Source of the DNA: Hyphomicrobium sp.
GTDB taxonomy: Bacteria > Pseudomonadota > Alphaproteobacteria > Rhizobiales > Hyphomicrobiaceae
NCBI GenBank assembly: GCA_036560245.1
Contig: DATBRP010000288.1
Location: 1 to 42,767, forward strand
DNA length: 42,767 nt
Reading direction: 5' to 3'
Shown here: piece by piece, positions 1-9,081 of the stretch
How positions within the stretch are numbered: the stretch's first letter is position 1
Layout of the letters: each line of letters opens with the position of its first letter
Position numbers and translations under genes: made by a program
The notes under the pieces: model-generated
Database searches by the model: none
Told to the model about the DNA's origin: nothing
Seen by the model: the letters and a program-made list of their open reading frames with translations, nothing else

Positions 1-110
1 GCGATCCCAATTGCGATCAATGCCGCCAACGTCAGGGCGACGGCCGTCAGGATGGCTTTCGAAGACAGGCGCGCACGGCGCGCAAACGTCTCTGGCATTT
101 CGTTCGGCAT
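1..110 (-). CDS. 5' part of a membrane-anchored or exported protein (runs off the window's left edge)
   Basis: Manual translation from the ATG at 110 gives MPNEMPETFARRARLSSKAILTAVALTLAALIAIGI..., a basic stretch followed by a hydrophobic helix. The frame is open to position 1. Confidence 0.5.
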   Translation of the reverse strand, partial: MPNEMPETFARRARLSSKAILTAVALTLAALIAIGI

Positions 111-250
111 ACCCTGATCGATAATGAGCCGTATAATGACGCTCCATTCCGCGGGTTGCCGCGCGACACGAGCGCACATTATTCAACGGTTATTAGCTCA
201 ATTTCTGGGTAAGTTAAGGCGACAAACTGCGTGAGCGACGTTTACCGCTG

Positions 251-427
251 CTACATTCCGCGCACCATGCAACCAAGCATGAGGATGGAATAGGAAACGA
301 GGAGAGCCCACGATTCATTGCCGGTGAGCCCGGGAATGTCGGCGCCAAAAAATTTGGACGTTAAGACAATTACCGTCAGGATCACGGAGAGCATAAAAGT
401 AATAATACCCGGCGCCTTAAGTCCCAT
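251..427 (-). CDS. small two-helix membrane protein (58 aa), hypothetical
   Basis: C-terminal part of ORF 251..658. The ATG at 427 has a GGAG RBS upstream. MGLKAPGIITFMLSVILTVIVL...WALLVSYSILMLGCMVRGM has two hydrophobic segments. The upstream extension overlaps the next gene and is unlikely. Confidence 0.75.
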   Translation of the reverse strand: MGLKAPGIITFMLSVILTVIVLTSKFFGADIPGLTGNESWALLVSYSILMLGCMVRGM

Positions 428-597
428 ATCACCCACTCCGTCTTCGCTTCTGAACCGCATGCGCATGATCGCCCCCTGTTGCTTCACGGGTCCGTCACTG
501 ACCGGCGAATCTATATAGCAGGGAGCCATGCAGGCTGGGACTGAGCAGGCATGATTGTATGTGGACAGCTTTCCCGCCAAGGCGGCGTCTGACCCGT

Positions 598-2418
598 CTA
601 TGCCCCAGCTGCGGGCGTCGGCGGCAAACGTCTCGGCCGAAAGAGGCGAGTGAGCCACACCAGCACGATCAAGCCTAGAAATCCTGCCAACACCAGAGCT
701 TGCGGATGCTTGTCCCAGATAAGCAGCGGCACGACGCGGCCCTCCCAGGCGAGCTTGGCATCGTCGATGAACGCGCGCGGCGAAAGTCCGCTCGCCGGTT
801 TCAGCATCATGTCCGCGGCAGCCGTTTGATCGCTACTTGCGATGATCCGCTCACGGACGCGGCGAGACGCAAGCAGCTGCATTTTGGCGGGACTGGCCGC
901 GATCGCCTTTAGAACCCGTTCACGGGGTCCGGGCTTCAGACCATCAAGATAGCCGGCTAAGGCCCTGAGTTCGTCCTCCGAAAGCGCCCGGAGCAGCGCA
1001 TTGAGGTCGCTCGAATCGAGGCTGAACAACGCGTCCCGGGCGGCCGGTGGGATGCTCGCGATCTTGATGATCGCTGCTCGATTGTTCAGGGCCAGAATTC
1101 GGTCGAGGGAGGCCGTCGTCAGATCCTTGGGGTCAATGCGGCGATGCAACTCATAATCCACGACGCGGTCGAGGTTATTTCTCGCGAGAGCCGTCCACTC
1201 CAAGCCGGCGGCGACGGAGTTAGTGTCGCGGGCGATTTCTAGGCCCTTCTCGGGCATCAAATGCACGGCACTATTGAGCGAGCCGTCCTGAAGCCGGCGC
1301 AGAATTGCCGGTTCGCCCTCCGAGGCGACGAGGATTGACACGACCTCGTCGAGGCGCGGCAGCGACTGTGGATTGACGCCGTCGAGAAACTTTCGGAACT
1401 CGCCGTTTTGGTCGGCAATCTTAAGCACGAGCGCGTGGGCCCGCCGGAACGTCTGCCAAACCTCGATGACCTGATCGGCCGCGGCCGTCGCGATCTCTTT
1501 AACGTGGTCGTTCATCTGGCTCGAGATCGTGTTGGCCAGCTCTTCCCGCACCTTTTCCTTGGTGGCAGGAGCTTTCATCTCGGTCGCGATGATCGGCAGG
1601 ACCCCATTGCGGAAGTCCCAGAGGTCCTTGGCAATCAGGACCAGACCGACCCCGCCCGCGACGACCGATACGAGACGTGACAGCACGCTGCCGACGATCC
1701 GCTGCCCGACGCGTTCCGCTAGATTGGCGAGCTGGCGTCGAACGATGAGGATCGTGGCGCCGGCGAGCCCGCCACCCGACTCTTGCAAAACCGAGCCAGC
1801 CGAGACGCCGCTGGAGCCCTTGTTTGGATCGACCACGACGCCCTTGCCGGCATCGCCCGCGAGCGCATCTGCAACGGCGCCGCCATAACGCGGGCCGACG
1901 AACGCCTTGAGGCATTGAAGCAGCGACCCGGTAGCGTCCGAACTCGCAAATTCGATGCTTTTACCGACCTCCTTGGCGACGCCGGAGGCAAGATCCTCTA
2001 TGGCGGATTTCACCGCATCGGAACGGTAAACGCGCTCGGCGACGGCGGTTGCGAGCTGCTGTGCCTTCTCGCTGTTGGCCAACGATTGAAGCCGCTCCGA
2101 CCAGCTCGTCTCGTTGGTGATCTCTGCAATCGCAATGTCGACCCGGCTGTCGATAATCTGATCGAGGTTGCGTTCGCGCCATTGCTCGGCGACGAGAGCT
2201 TTGTAGTCGATCGTTTTGGTGCCGTTCGTGATTGCGTTGCTGACGATTGCGGTGACCGCGGACCTCAAGCCCGCGTCGTCATGAGCCTGGCACGCTTCGT
2301 AGTCGGCGCGACTGATGCTTTCGGCCGCGATCGCCGTAAACGGCAACTGGCTCGACGCGACAGCAATAGCAGTAAGGGCGGAAATCGGGAGGCGCAGCGA
2401 GAAGTTCACTTCAACCAA
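598..2418 (-). CDS. hypothetical exported helical protein with C-terminal TM anchor (~606 aa)
   Basis: Long ORF with an N-terminal signal-like segment (..FTAIAA|ES), an alpha-helical body, an internal Gly-rich hydrophobic segment and a C-terminal TM helix (ALVLAGFLGLIVLVWL) followed by RRL. Start uncertain (TTG 2418 or GTG 2409). Confidence 0.8.
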   Translation of the reverse strand: MVEVNFSLRLPISALTAIAVASSQLPFTAIAAESISRADYEACQAHDDAGLRSAVTAIVSNAITNGTKTIDYKALVAEQWRERNLDQIIDSRVDIAIAEITNETSWSERLQSLANSEKAQQLATAVAERVYRSDAVKSAIEDLASGVAKEVGKSIEFASSDATGSLLQCLKAFVGPRYGGAVADALAGDAGKGVVVDPNKGSSGVSAGSVLQESGGGLAGATILIVRRQLANLAERVGQRIVGSVLSRLVSVVAGGVGLVLIAKDLWDFRNGVLPIIATEMKAPATKEKVREELANTISSQMNDHVKEIATAAADQVIEVWQTFRRAHALVLKIADQNGEFRKFLDGVNPQSLPRLDEVVSILVASEGEPAILRRLQDGSLNSAVHLMPEKGLEIARDTNSVAAGLEWTALARNNLDRVVDYELHRRIDPKDLTTASLDRILALNNRAAIIKIASIPPAARDALFSLDSSDLNALLRALSEDELRALAGYLDGLKPGPRERVLKAIAASPAKMQLLASRRVRERIIASSDQTAAADMMLKPASGLSPRAFIDDAKLAWEGRVVPLLIWDKHPQALVLAGFLGLIVLVWLTRLFRPRRLPPTPAAGA

Positions 2419-2948
2419 ATCCCAGTGGTGAAGCGGCGTGGCGCTTCCCTAAGTGTTGTATCAAGTATAAATCAGAGATTGCGGACGAACAGTGACTAGA
2501 ACGCCGATCGTCGGCGACGACAGACTTTTTTACGTCGAGGCTTGGCATCCGACGCTCACGCAAGCACGACAGCTCAGACTATTCGCGACGTCATTTCGCA
2601 AGCGACGCCGCGGAACTATCGACACGTGAAATGCTTTCCCGATGGGCAGGAATAATTCGCCGCACGGGCTTACCCTTTTTATGCCGCATTGCGGCAACAA
2701 GAACGCCGAATAACCTCCTGCCCGAACTCGTCATCGCGGTGCGGCATCAGGTCCATGTTTACCAAACGGTGCCGAACCGATCTCGAAAGGTATGGCCTTT
2801 TCAGCGGCTTCGTAATAGCTTCACAAACTAAATCTCAACTGCGGGAAGCCCACTAGTCTTTTAATTCTACGGCGACGCGACAAAGTTGCGTTGGCATCCC
2901 ACGCGGCTGCGTCGTAAAGAGCGTTCGACCGGTGTCACAGCAAGTGCA

Positions 2949-3845
2949 ATGTACATAATGAAAAATAAAGAGAAATTTCAGGCCCCTCGCGGCAGTCTCT
3001 TCATCCCCGGCGGTTCTTCGGGCGTGTTGCTGGTCCACTCCCTGGGCGGATCGCCACTCGAAATGAAGTCAGTCGCGCATGCACTCTCCCGCAAGGGTAT
3101 GACAGTCTATTGTCCCGTTGTCCCTGGCCTGACATTTGGCACCGACGTTTCCGGCCTCTCCACCTGGCAGGACTGGTATGAATCAGTCTCCAAGGCGTTC
3201 GACGATCTCAGAAGCATGTGCGACACGGTCATTATCGGCGGCGCCTCGGCCGGCTCGATTTTGGCGTTGAGGCTCGCAGCCTACCGACAGGATCAAGCCT
3301 CGGGCCTGATGCTTTATGCGCCGACGTTGTCCGTCAACGGCTGGGCGATTCCGAAAATAATCAAACTGTTCCACCTCGTTACCGACAAATGGACGGCGCG
3401 GCTTTTCACATTCCGCACGCCGGCACCCTATGGCATCAAGGATGAGCGCGTGCGCAATTTCGCTCTCGACGCGATGCGCGGCGCCGATAACATGCCGGCT
3501 GACATCACGGTGCGCGGCGGCGGCACCGTCTATGAATTCTTCTCACTTGTCAGAAACGTGCGGCCAATGCTGTCGCTCGTGAAACTGCACACGTTGATTT
3601 TCCATCCGCGCCACGACGACCAGAGCGATATCAAGAATACGATGGCCCTGCAGCGTAAGCTTGGCGGAATGGTCGAAGTGTCGGTGCTCGACGACAGCTA
3701 CCATCTCGTGACGCTCGATCGTCAGCGGGGCTATGTTATTGACAGGACAGTCGAATTCGTCGACCGCATCATGGCGGTCGCTGCAGCCAAGGCCGGCCGG
3801 AAGCAGGTCTCTGCTAATTCGAAGCAACTGGGGGCTGCGGAGTAG
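2949..3845 (+). CDS. alpha/beta-fold hydrolase (carboxylesterase-like)
   Basis: LLVHSLGGS oxyanion-region motif, GASAG nucleophile elbow (G-x-S-x-G), Asp in HDDQS and His in DSYHL give a complete Ser-Asp-His triad. Start at ATG 2949 or 2958. Confidence 0.85.
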   Translation: MYIMKNKEKFQAPRGSLFIPGGSSGVLLVHSLGGSPLEMKSVAHALSRKGMTVYCPVVPGLTFGTDVSGLSTWQDWYESVSKAFDDLRSMCDTVIIGGASAGSILALRLAAYRQDQASGLMLYAPTLSVNGWAIPKIIKLFHLVTDKWTARLFTFRTPAPYGIKDERVRNFALDAMRGADNMPADITVRGGGTVYEFFSLVRNVRPMLSLVKLHTLIFHPRHDDQSDIKNTMALQRKLGGMVEVSVLDDSYHLVTLDRQRGYVIDRTVEFVDRIMAVAAAKAGRKQVSANSKQLGAAE

Positions 3846-4503
3846 CAGCACGGGCGGCTTTCTTCGTTTTCTTGTGATTTGAAGCGGCTGTTTTTGACGC
3901 GCCGAGTTTGGCGGCCGGCGGCATCGCAGCCTTTGTGCTTGCGACTTCTTCGCTGCTCTTACCAGGAACATCGGCCGTGTCAGACGTGCACGCCGGCAGA
4001 TCGTCCGGCGCCCGCGTCCAGATGAACGACTTGCCGAGGAACTTCATTCCCTTATAGCCCGTAACCTGCAGTTTGTCGGGCGCGATGAGTTCGAGGGCAA
4101 CGCTATAGGACTTGCCTTCTTTGGGATCGTAAACCCAACCGTTGTCGAAGCCGCCATCCGAAAGCTGTTCCAGATTGCCGAGCACGGGCAGGCCGCAAAT
4201 CGAACGCTTGCGCATCGTCGGTTCCGGATTGTAACGATCTATCTTCGGCTGACCTTGCGCCGTCAGCGGCTCTTTGAGCCAGTAGATCTTGCCGCAAAGC
4301 GTTGTAGGAGTGCAGACCTCGATCTTGACGGCGCCCTTGCCGGTATCGTCGTACCAGATACCGACCTCGCGCGGTGTGGCGGATGCGGGCATCGCCCATA
4401 TGGCAACGCCGGCCACGGCGGCTACGGCACGGAGCGATACAACTGAACGCCGGGTAATATTCGTGTAACGCATGACAATAAACCGCAGAGCAAGGGACGA
4501 CAT
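3814..4503 (-). CDS. DUF2147 domain exported protein
   Basis: AGGAG RBS 5 nt before ATG 4503. Signal peptide ending in PASA. Motifs GIWYDDTGKGAVKIEVC, LCGKIYWL, GWVYDPKEGKSY and GKSFIWTR are typical of DUF2147. Lys/Ala-rich tail. The 3' end overlaps the esterase by 32 bp. Confidence 0.85.
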   Translation of the reverse strand: MSSLALRFIVMRYTNITRRSVVSLRAVAAVAGVAIWAMPASATPREVGIWYDDTGKGAVKIEVCTPTTLCGKIYWLKEPLTAQGQPKIDRYNPEPTMRKRSICGLPVLGNLEQLSDGGFDNGWVYDPKEGKSYSVALELIAPDKLQVTGYKGMKFLGKSFIWTRAPDDLPACTSDTADVPGKSSEEVASTKAAMPPAAKLGASKTAASNHKKTKKAARAATPQPPVASN

Positions 4504-4548
4504 TTCTACTCCTATGCCTCGAAAACGGCAAAACATTGGAGCCAAATT

Positions 4549-4564
4549 GTTAAACCGCAGCTAA
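4549..4564 (-). promoter_or_regulatory. candidate CtrA-binding site in the divergent promoter
   Basis: The minus strand reads TTAG-CTGCGGT-TTAAC, one mismatch from the CtrA consensus TTAA-N7-TTAAC. Confidence 0.45.
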
Positions 4565-4771
4565 GACTTTCCTTAATAACGCGATTGCGAACCGGACATC
4601 GCAGTAAGATCTAGTGTCATTTCGCGCGCGTTGCTCGGGTGTTTCAAGGTAGTAGCAGCCGCACATTAGAGCTATACGACGCTGTACGTGGCCCGGCCCC
4701 TGCTCGTCGCGTTTTTTACCGGCAATATGCCGGCGGCCGGATTTGGCAACACACGAAAGATTTGCACGCAA

Positions 4772-5902
4772 ATGGTTTTCACACTCGCGCTGCGCAATTT
4801 ACTGCATGATCGCGTTCGCCTTGCCGTTACGCTGATCGGCATTCTTTTCTCGATCGTTCTGGTCGCGGTGCAGCTTGGGCTCTATCTCGGTTCGAGCAGG
4901 ATGATCACTGCTAATATCGCCCATTCGAACGCCGACCTCTTCATTACCACGTTCGGCGCCAAGAGCTTCGAAGATGGCGGCCTGCTTCTGTCGGACCGTG
5001 AGCGTCATCAAGCGCTGGCGACGCCCGGCGTCGAATCCGTGGTCCCAATCGTTGTGGCCTTCGCTGAATGGCGCAAACCGTCGGGTGGTTCCTCCCGTGT
5101 CGTCCTCATCGGCGCCGATAGCGACGACGGCGGCCTCGTTCCCTGGTCTCTTACCGAAGGTACGCTTGAAGATATCAAGGCCCCCGATGCCATCGCGGTC
5201 GATAGCACCTATCTCGGCGAACTTGGCGTCAACGGCATCGGCGACACGGCGCAGGTCGCCACGGGGCGTGTGAAAATCCGGGCGCTCACGGAGGGCATCC
5301 GCTCATTCACCCAGTCGCCTTATGCCTACACGACGCTCAGTCGCGCGCGACAACTGCTCGGCGCCGATGACGACAAATCGACATTTCTGCTCGTGAAATT
5401 GGCGCCGGGTGCCGACGCAGCCAAGGTCAAAGCCGATCTGGCAAAGCGGCTGGATTCCGCCGACGTGCTGACCAAGGACGAGTTTGAAAGCCGCAGCTTA
5501 TTGCAATGGTTGTTCCGGACAGGCGCGGGTCTTGCGCTCATTGGCGGCGCCATTCTCGGCAGTCTCGTCGGCACCGTCATCGTCGCGCAAACGCTCTATT
5601 CGAGCACCAAAGACCACATTCACGAATTCGCGACCTTGCGTGCGCTAGGCTCGTCCAAGGGCTACATTCATAAGGTGATTTTGGCCCAGGCCGGCCTCAG
5701 CGCCGTGATGGGTTACGTGCTAGGAATGATGATTGCGCTGCTCATCCTATATGCTAGCCGCAATTCATCGCTACCACTCGTTATGACGCCCGGCTTGGCG
5801 TTCTGGCTTTTTGCACTGACGCTCTTCATGTGTGCGATCTCGGCGCTCTCGGCCATCGTCAAGGTCACAAAAATTGATCCGGCCACGGTGTTCTCCAGAT
5901 GA
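4772..5902 (+). CDS. ABC transporter permease, DevC/MacB-FtsX family
   Basis: Begins MVFTLALRNLLHDRVRLAVTLIGILFSIVLVAVQLG, then a large periplasmic domain and a three-TM FtsX C-terminus with EFATLRALG, ending KIDPATVFSR. Confidence 0.9.
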   Translation: MVFTLALRNLLHDRVRLAVTLIGILFSIVLVAVQLGLYLGSSRMITANIAHSNADLFITTFGAKSFEDGGLLLSDRERHQALATPGVESVVPIVVAFAEWRKPSGGSSRVVLIGADSDDGGLVPWSLTEGTLEDIKAPDAIAVDSTYLGELGVNGIGDTAQVATGRVKIRALTEGIRSFTQSPYAYTTLSRARQLLGADDDKSTFLLVKLAPGADAAKVKADLAKRLDSADVLTKDEFESRSLLQWLFRTGAGLALIGGAILGSLVGTVIVAQTLYSSTKDHIHEFATLRALGSSKGYIHKVILAQAGLSAVMGYVLGMMIALLILYASRNSSLPLVMTPGLAFWLFALTLFMCAISALSAIVKVTKIDPATVFSR

Positions 5903-6651
5903 CGACGTCCACAGTTCTGCATGCCGACAACATCGTCAAGGAACTCGGCGCCGGCGCCGGTCTAGTGATCGCGGTGAAAGGCGTATCGCTCGATCTCGTG
6001 CCCGGAGAGCTGACACTGCTGATGGGGCCATCGGGCTCCGGCAAGACGACGCTTTTATCGATCCTCGGCTGCATTATGAAGCCGACGTCCGGTGTCATCC
6101 GCATTGCCGGCGAGCCGATCGAAGGGCTCTCGCCCGAGGCGCTTGCCAAAGTCCGCCGCGATCACATCGGCTTCATCTTCCAGTCCTACAATCTGTTTCC
6201 GACACTGAACGCGCTCGAGAACGTGCGCATCGCGCTTGATGTAAGAGGCGTCAAGGGCTTCGCGGCGACGAGTCGTTCGGAAGAAGTTCTACGTGAGGTT
6301 GGCCTCGGCCATCGCCTCACCAATTATCCGCGCAATCTCTCAGGCGGCGAACAGCAGCGTGTCGCTGTCGCACGTGCCATCGCCTCTTCGCCATCGATTG
6401 TGCTGGCGGACGAGCCGACCGCGGCTCTCGACAGCGAGAATGGCCACGCCGTCATGGCGTTGCTTTCAAGAATCGCCAAGGAACAGGGTCGTAGCGTGCT
6501 TGCTGTCACGCACGATCCGAGAACCCTGGGCTATGCCGACCGCGTCGTGCGGATCGAGGACGGCAAGATCGTCGGCGAAGAGCGCCGGCCGGAAGGCATC
6601 AACGCCCCCGAAATTACCGATTTGACCAAGAGGCGAAAGCTGCATGCTTAA
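5899..6651 (+). CDS. ABC transporter ATP-binding protein, DevA/LolD/MacB-like
   Basis: Walker A GPSGSGKT, GFIFQSYNL Q-loop, LSGGEQQRVA signature, LADEPT Walker B and VTHD. ATGA overlap with the permease. Confidence 0.95.
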   Translation: MTTSTVLHADNIVKELGAGAGLVIAVKGVSLDLVPGELTLLMGPSGSGKTTLLSILGCIMKPTSGVIRIAGEPIEGLSPEALAKVRRDHIGFIFQSYNLFPTLNALENVRIALDVRGVKGFAATSRSEEVLREVGLGHRLTNYPRNLSGGEQQRVAVARAIASSPSIVLADEPTAALDSENGHAVMALLSRIAKEQGRSVLAVTHDPRTLGYADRVVRIEDGKIVGEERRPEGINAPEITDLTKRRKLHA

Positions 6652-7750
6652 GAAGATTGATCCCGCTGTCTCGACCATTCTGGTTGCGGCGGCGTTCGCG
6701 ATCGCAGTGGGTTTCGGTATTCAGTTCGTGGGCGACCAAGGTTCCCTCAGCGAGCTGACCGGCACCGCTCACGCTGATACGACCGCGCCCGTAGCCCAAT
6801 GGGCGGCTTCCGCGACAGGACGTGTCGAGCCGAAGGACGGCGAGGTCAGGATCGCCAGTGAAGTCGGCGGCAAAATAGTCGAGGTGCTGGCCAAGACCAA
6901 CGATCAGGCGAAGGCGGGCGATCTGCTGCTGCGCCTTGACGACTCTGACTACTACACCAAGATTACCGCTGCCGCCGCGGAGGCAGGTGTACGCGAACGC
7001 GAGCGCAGTGAGGAACAGGCTACGGGCTTGGCTCTGGATCGGCGCAATGCCGAAGACGCCGTCGCCAAAGCGCATCGCGATGTTTTCGCCGCGCACGAAG
7101 CCTTTGATGCAGCGTTCCGTGCCTCGAAGACGGATAAGGGCAACGCCGATGCCGTAGAAAATGCGCGCAAGGATCTCGCATCCAAAGAGGACGCGCTCGA
7201 GGCCGCTAAGTCGAAGCTCGCAGAGGTCGACGCCAAGCCCGGTATGCCACTGCCGCAGCGACTCGAATCTTCGCTGGCGCTTGCGCGTTCTGATCTGACG
7301 TCGGCCGAGCTTGCTCTCGAGCGGACGCGCATCCGCGCTCCTTTCGACGGCACGGTCTTGAACGTATTGGCAAGAGTTGGCGAAACCGCCGTGCCTTCGC
7401 CCGACAGCGCGCTGATTGTCTTTGGCGACATGTCGAGCCTACGTCTTCGCGCTGAAGTCGAAGAACGCGACGCTGCCAAGGTTCACGTCGGTCAGGGCGT
7501 CGTCGTGAAAGCGGATGCCTTCCCCGACAAGACGTTCGAAGGCACGGTAACGTCGATTTCTCAGTCGCTCGGGGCTCCGCGCATTGCAACGCGCGGTCCG
7601 AGACGTCCGAATGATCTTGAGGTTATCGAGGTGATGGTCACACTCGATGGCCACCCGCCGCTCTTCATCGGTATGCGCGTCGATACCTTCTTCAAGCTCG
7701 ACAACAATCAGGCTTCGGCCGTCTCGAGCGGTACGTCGAAGACGAACTGA
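6644..7750 (+). CDS. HlyD/DevB-family periplasmic adaptor subunit
   Basis: N-terminal TM, lipoyl half-motifs (GRVEP..., GDLLLRLD; IRAPFDGTVL), coiled-coil hairpin and beta-barrel (GMRVD). Overlaps the ATPase gene by 8 bp. Confidence 0.9.
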   Translation: MLKKIDPAVSTILVAAAFAIAVGFGIQFVGDQGSLSELTGTAHADTTAPVAQWAASATGRVEPKDGEVRIASEVGGKIVEVLAKTNDQAKAGDLLLRLDDSDYYTKITAAAAEAGVRERERSEEQATGLALDRRNAEDAVAKAHRDVFAAHEAFDAAFRASKTDKGNADAVENARKDLASKEDALEAAKSKLAEVDAKPGMPLPQRLESSLALARSDLTSAELALERTRIRAPFDGTVLNVLARVGETAVPSPDSALIVFGDMSSLRLRAEVEERDAAKVHVGQGVVVKADAFPDKTFEGTVTSISQSLGAPRIATRGPRRPNDLEVIEVMVTLDGHPPLFIGMRVDTFFKLDNNQASAVSSGTSKTN

Positions 7751-7774
7751 GCGCACACCCTATCGTTGCTAGCT

Positions 7775-7826
7775 AAACGAAGGGCGCCGACTGAAATCGT
7801 CGGCGCCCTTTTCGTTTGTCTTTTTT
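7775..7826. terminator. bidirectional intrinsic terminator
   Basis: Stem AAGGGCGCCGAC (7780-7791), 7-nt loop, GTCGGCGCCCTT (7799-7810), then T-rich sequence. Lies between convergent genes. Confidence 0.8.
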
Positions 7827-7865
7827 GTCATCAGGCCATGCGGCCCGGCACGGCAGTCGTTGAGA

Positions 7866-8990
7866 TCAAGCCGCAGCCTGCATCGTCGCATCGACGTGAG
7901 CGGCAAGTTTCGGGTCTATATTTAGCGCGGCGGCGAGCGCCGTCAGAAATTGCTTTTCAGCAGGCGAGTCATCAGCGATCGCAATGCGCGCCGCCGTGTA
8001 CATTTGAACGGCCTCCTGCGGCGACGTAACCGACGCCGCCAATTGCTGAACTGAGCGCGGGCTGTTCAGTTCTTGCGCTAGGAATGCTTCCGCTTCTCCA
8101 CCTGCGCCAGCCTGCGTTAGGCTGGCGATAAGCTTGGCATGTTCATCGGAATCGATGCGCCCGTCAGCGGCCGCCGCCGAGATCATCGCTTGAATATAGT
8201 GGGCGGCGGCATCGTTGGTCACCGCAGCAGGCTCGAAACCGGAGCCGGCCGGCGGCGATACCGGTGACGCCGCACCTGTAACGAGCGGCTTGCCAGCTTG
8301 ATAGTTCTGAACGGCTTTGTAGGCGAGGCCTCCGATCATCGCGAGCGCACCGAGCTTGGCGGCGCTGGCCGCGATCGAGCGTCCGGCGCGCGTGCCGAGC
8401 ACGAGACCGCCAAGGCCGCCCGCCGCCGCACCCGCCGTGAACGGATTATTCTGCACGAGGCTCTTGAGCTGCTCCAGGATCTGCGCATTTTTCGGATCGG
8501 CCGCAGCGCGACCTAGGGCATCCGTCGCGCCGGTCGCTTCGCCGATGCGCGCCGCCCCCTCGCTCGCGCCCTGCGTGGCTTGTGTGAATATCTTGCCCAA
8601 CACGTCGGTGATGCTGCCACCGTCCGTCATCGAGCCGCCCGCTTGATTGAGCTTGTCCTTGAGCTGAGCCAAGATATCGCCGAGATCGGGATTGGCGTTT
8701 GCCGATGGAGCGCCGGGACCGGGAAGCGGCTGTCCTTGACTGGGTGTTGCGCCGGCGGAAGACGGTTGACCGAATTGACGGGCGAGGTTGCCGAGGATGT
8801 CGCCAAGGCTGCCTCCCTGTGCTCCGCCGGCCGGCTGCGCGCCCGCAGGCGCTTGACCCTGCGGCTGGCTCAGGCTTTTTCCGATTTCGTTTATGATGTC
8901 GCTGAGGCTGCCGCCGCCACCAGCGCTGGCTGGCTGAGAGGGCGCGGCACCGCGAACAATGTTTTCGAGGATGGATTTGGCGTCGAACAT
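7866..8990 (-). CDS. DUF533 / YebE (TerB-like) family protein with long N-terminal extension
   Basis: GGLGGLVLGT...KLGALAMIGGLAYKAVQNYQ, QAMISAAAADGRIDSDE and EAVQMYTAARIAI are characteristic of DUF533. Confidence 0.85.
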   Translation of the reverse strand: MFDAKSILENIVRGAAPSQPASAGGGGSLSDIINEIGKSLSQPQGQAPAGAQPAGGAQGGSLGDILGNLARQFGQPSSAGATPSQGQPLPGPGAPSANANPDLGDILAQLKDKLNQAGGSMTDGGSITDVLGKIFTQATQGASEGAARIGEATGATDALGRAAADPKNAQILEQLKSLVQNNPFTAGAAAGGLGGLVLGTRAGRSIAASAAKLGALAMIGGLAYKAVQNYQAGKPLVTGAASPVSPPAGSGFEPAAVTNDAAAHYIQAMISAAAADGRIDSDEHAKLIASLTQAGAGGEAEAFLAQELNSPRSVQQLAASVTSPQEAVQMYTAARIAIADDSPAEKQFLTALAAALNIDPKLAAHVDATMQAAA

Positions 8991-9081
8991 GGCGGGGGGT
9001 CCTTGCGTTGCGATCGCTATGCCGCAACGTAGTGACCGTACATGTCACGCACAATTCCCCGTTAGAACATTCCTTTCTATT

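Noticed and set aside
182-196. CtrA-like site TTCA-N7-TTAG
   Set aside because: Both half-sites are mismatched, which is too weak to report.
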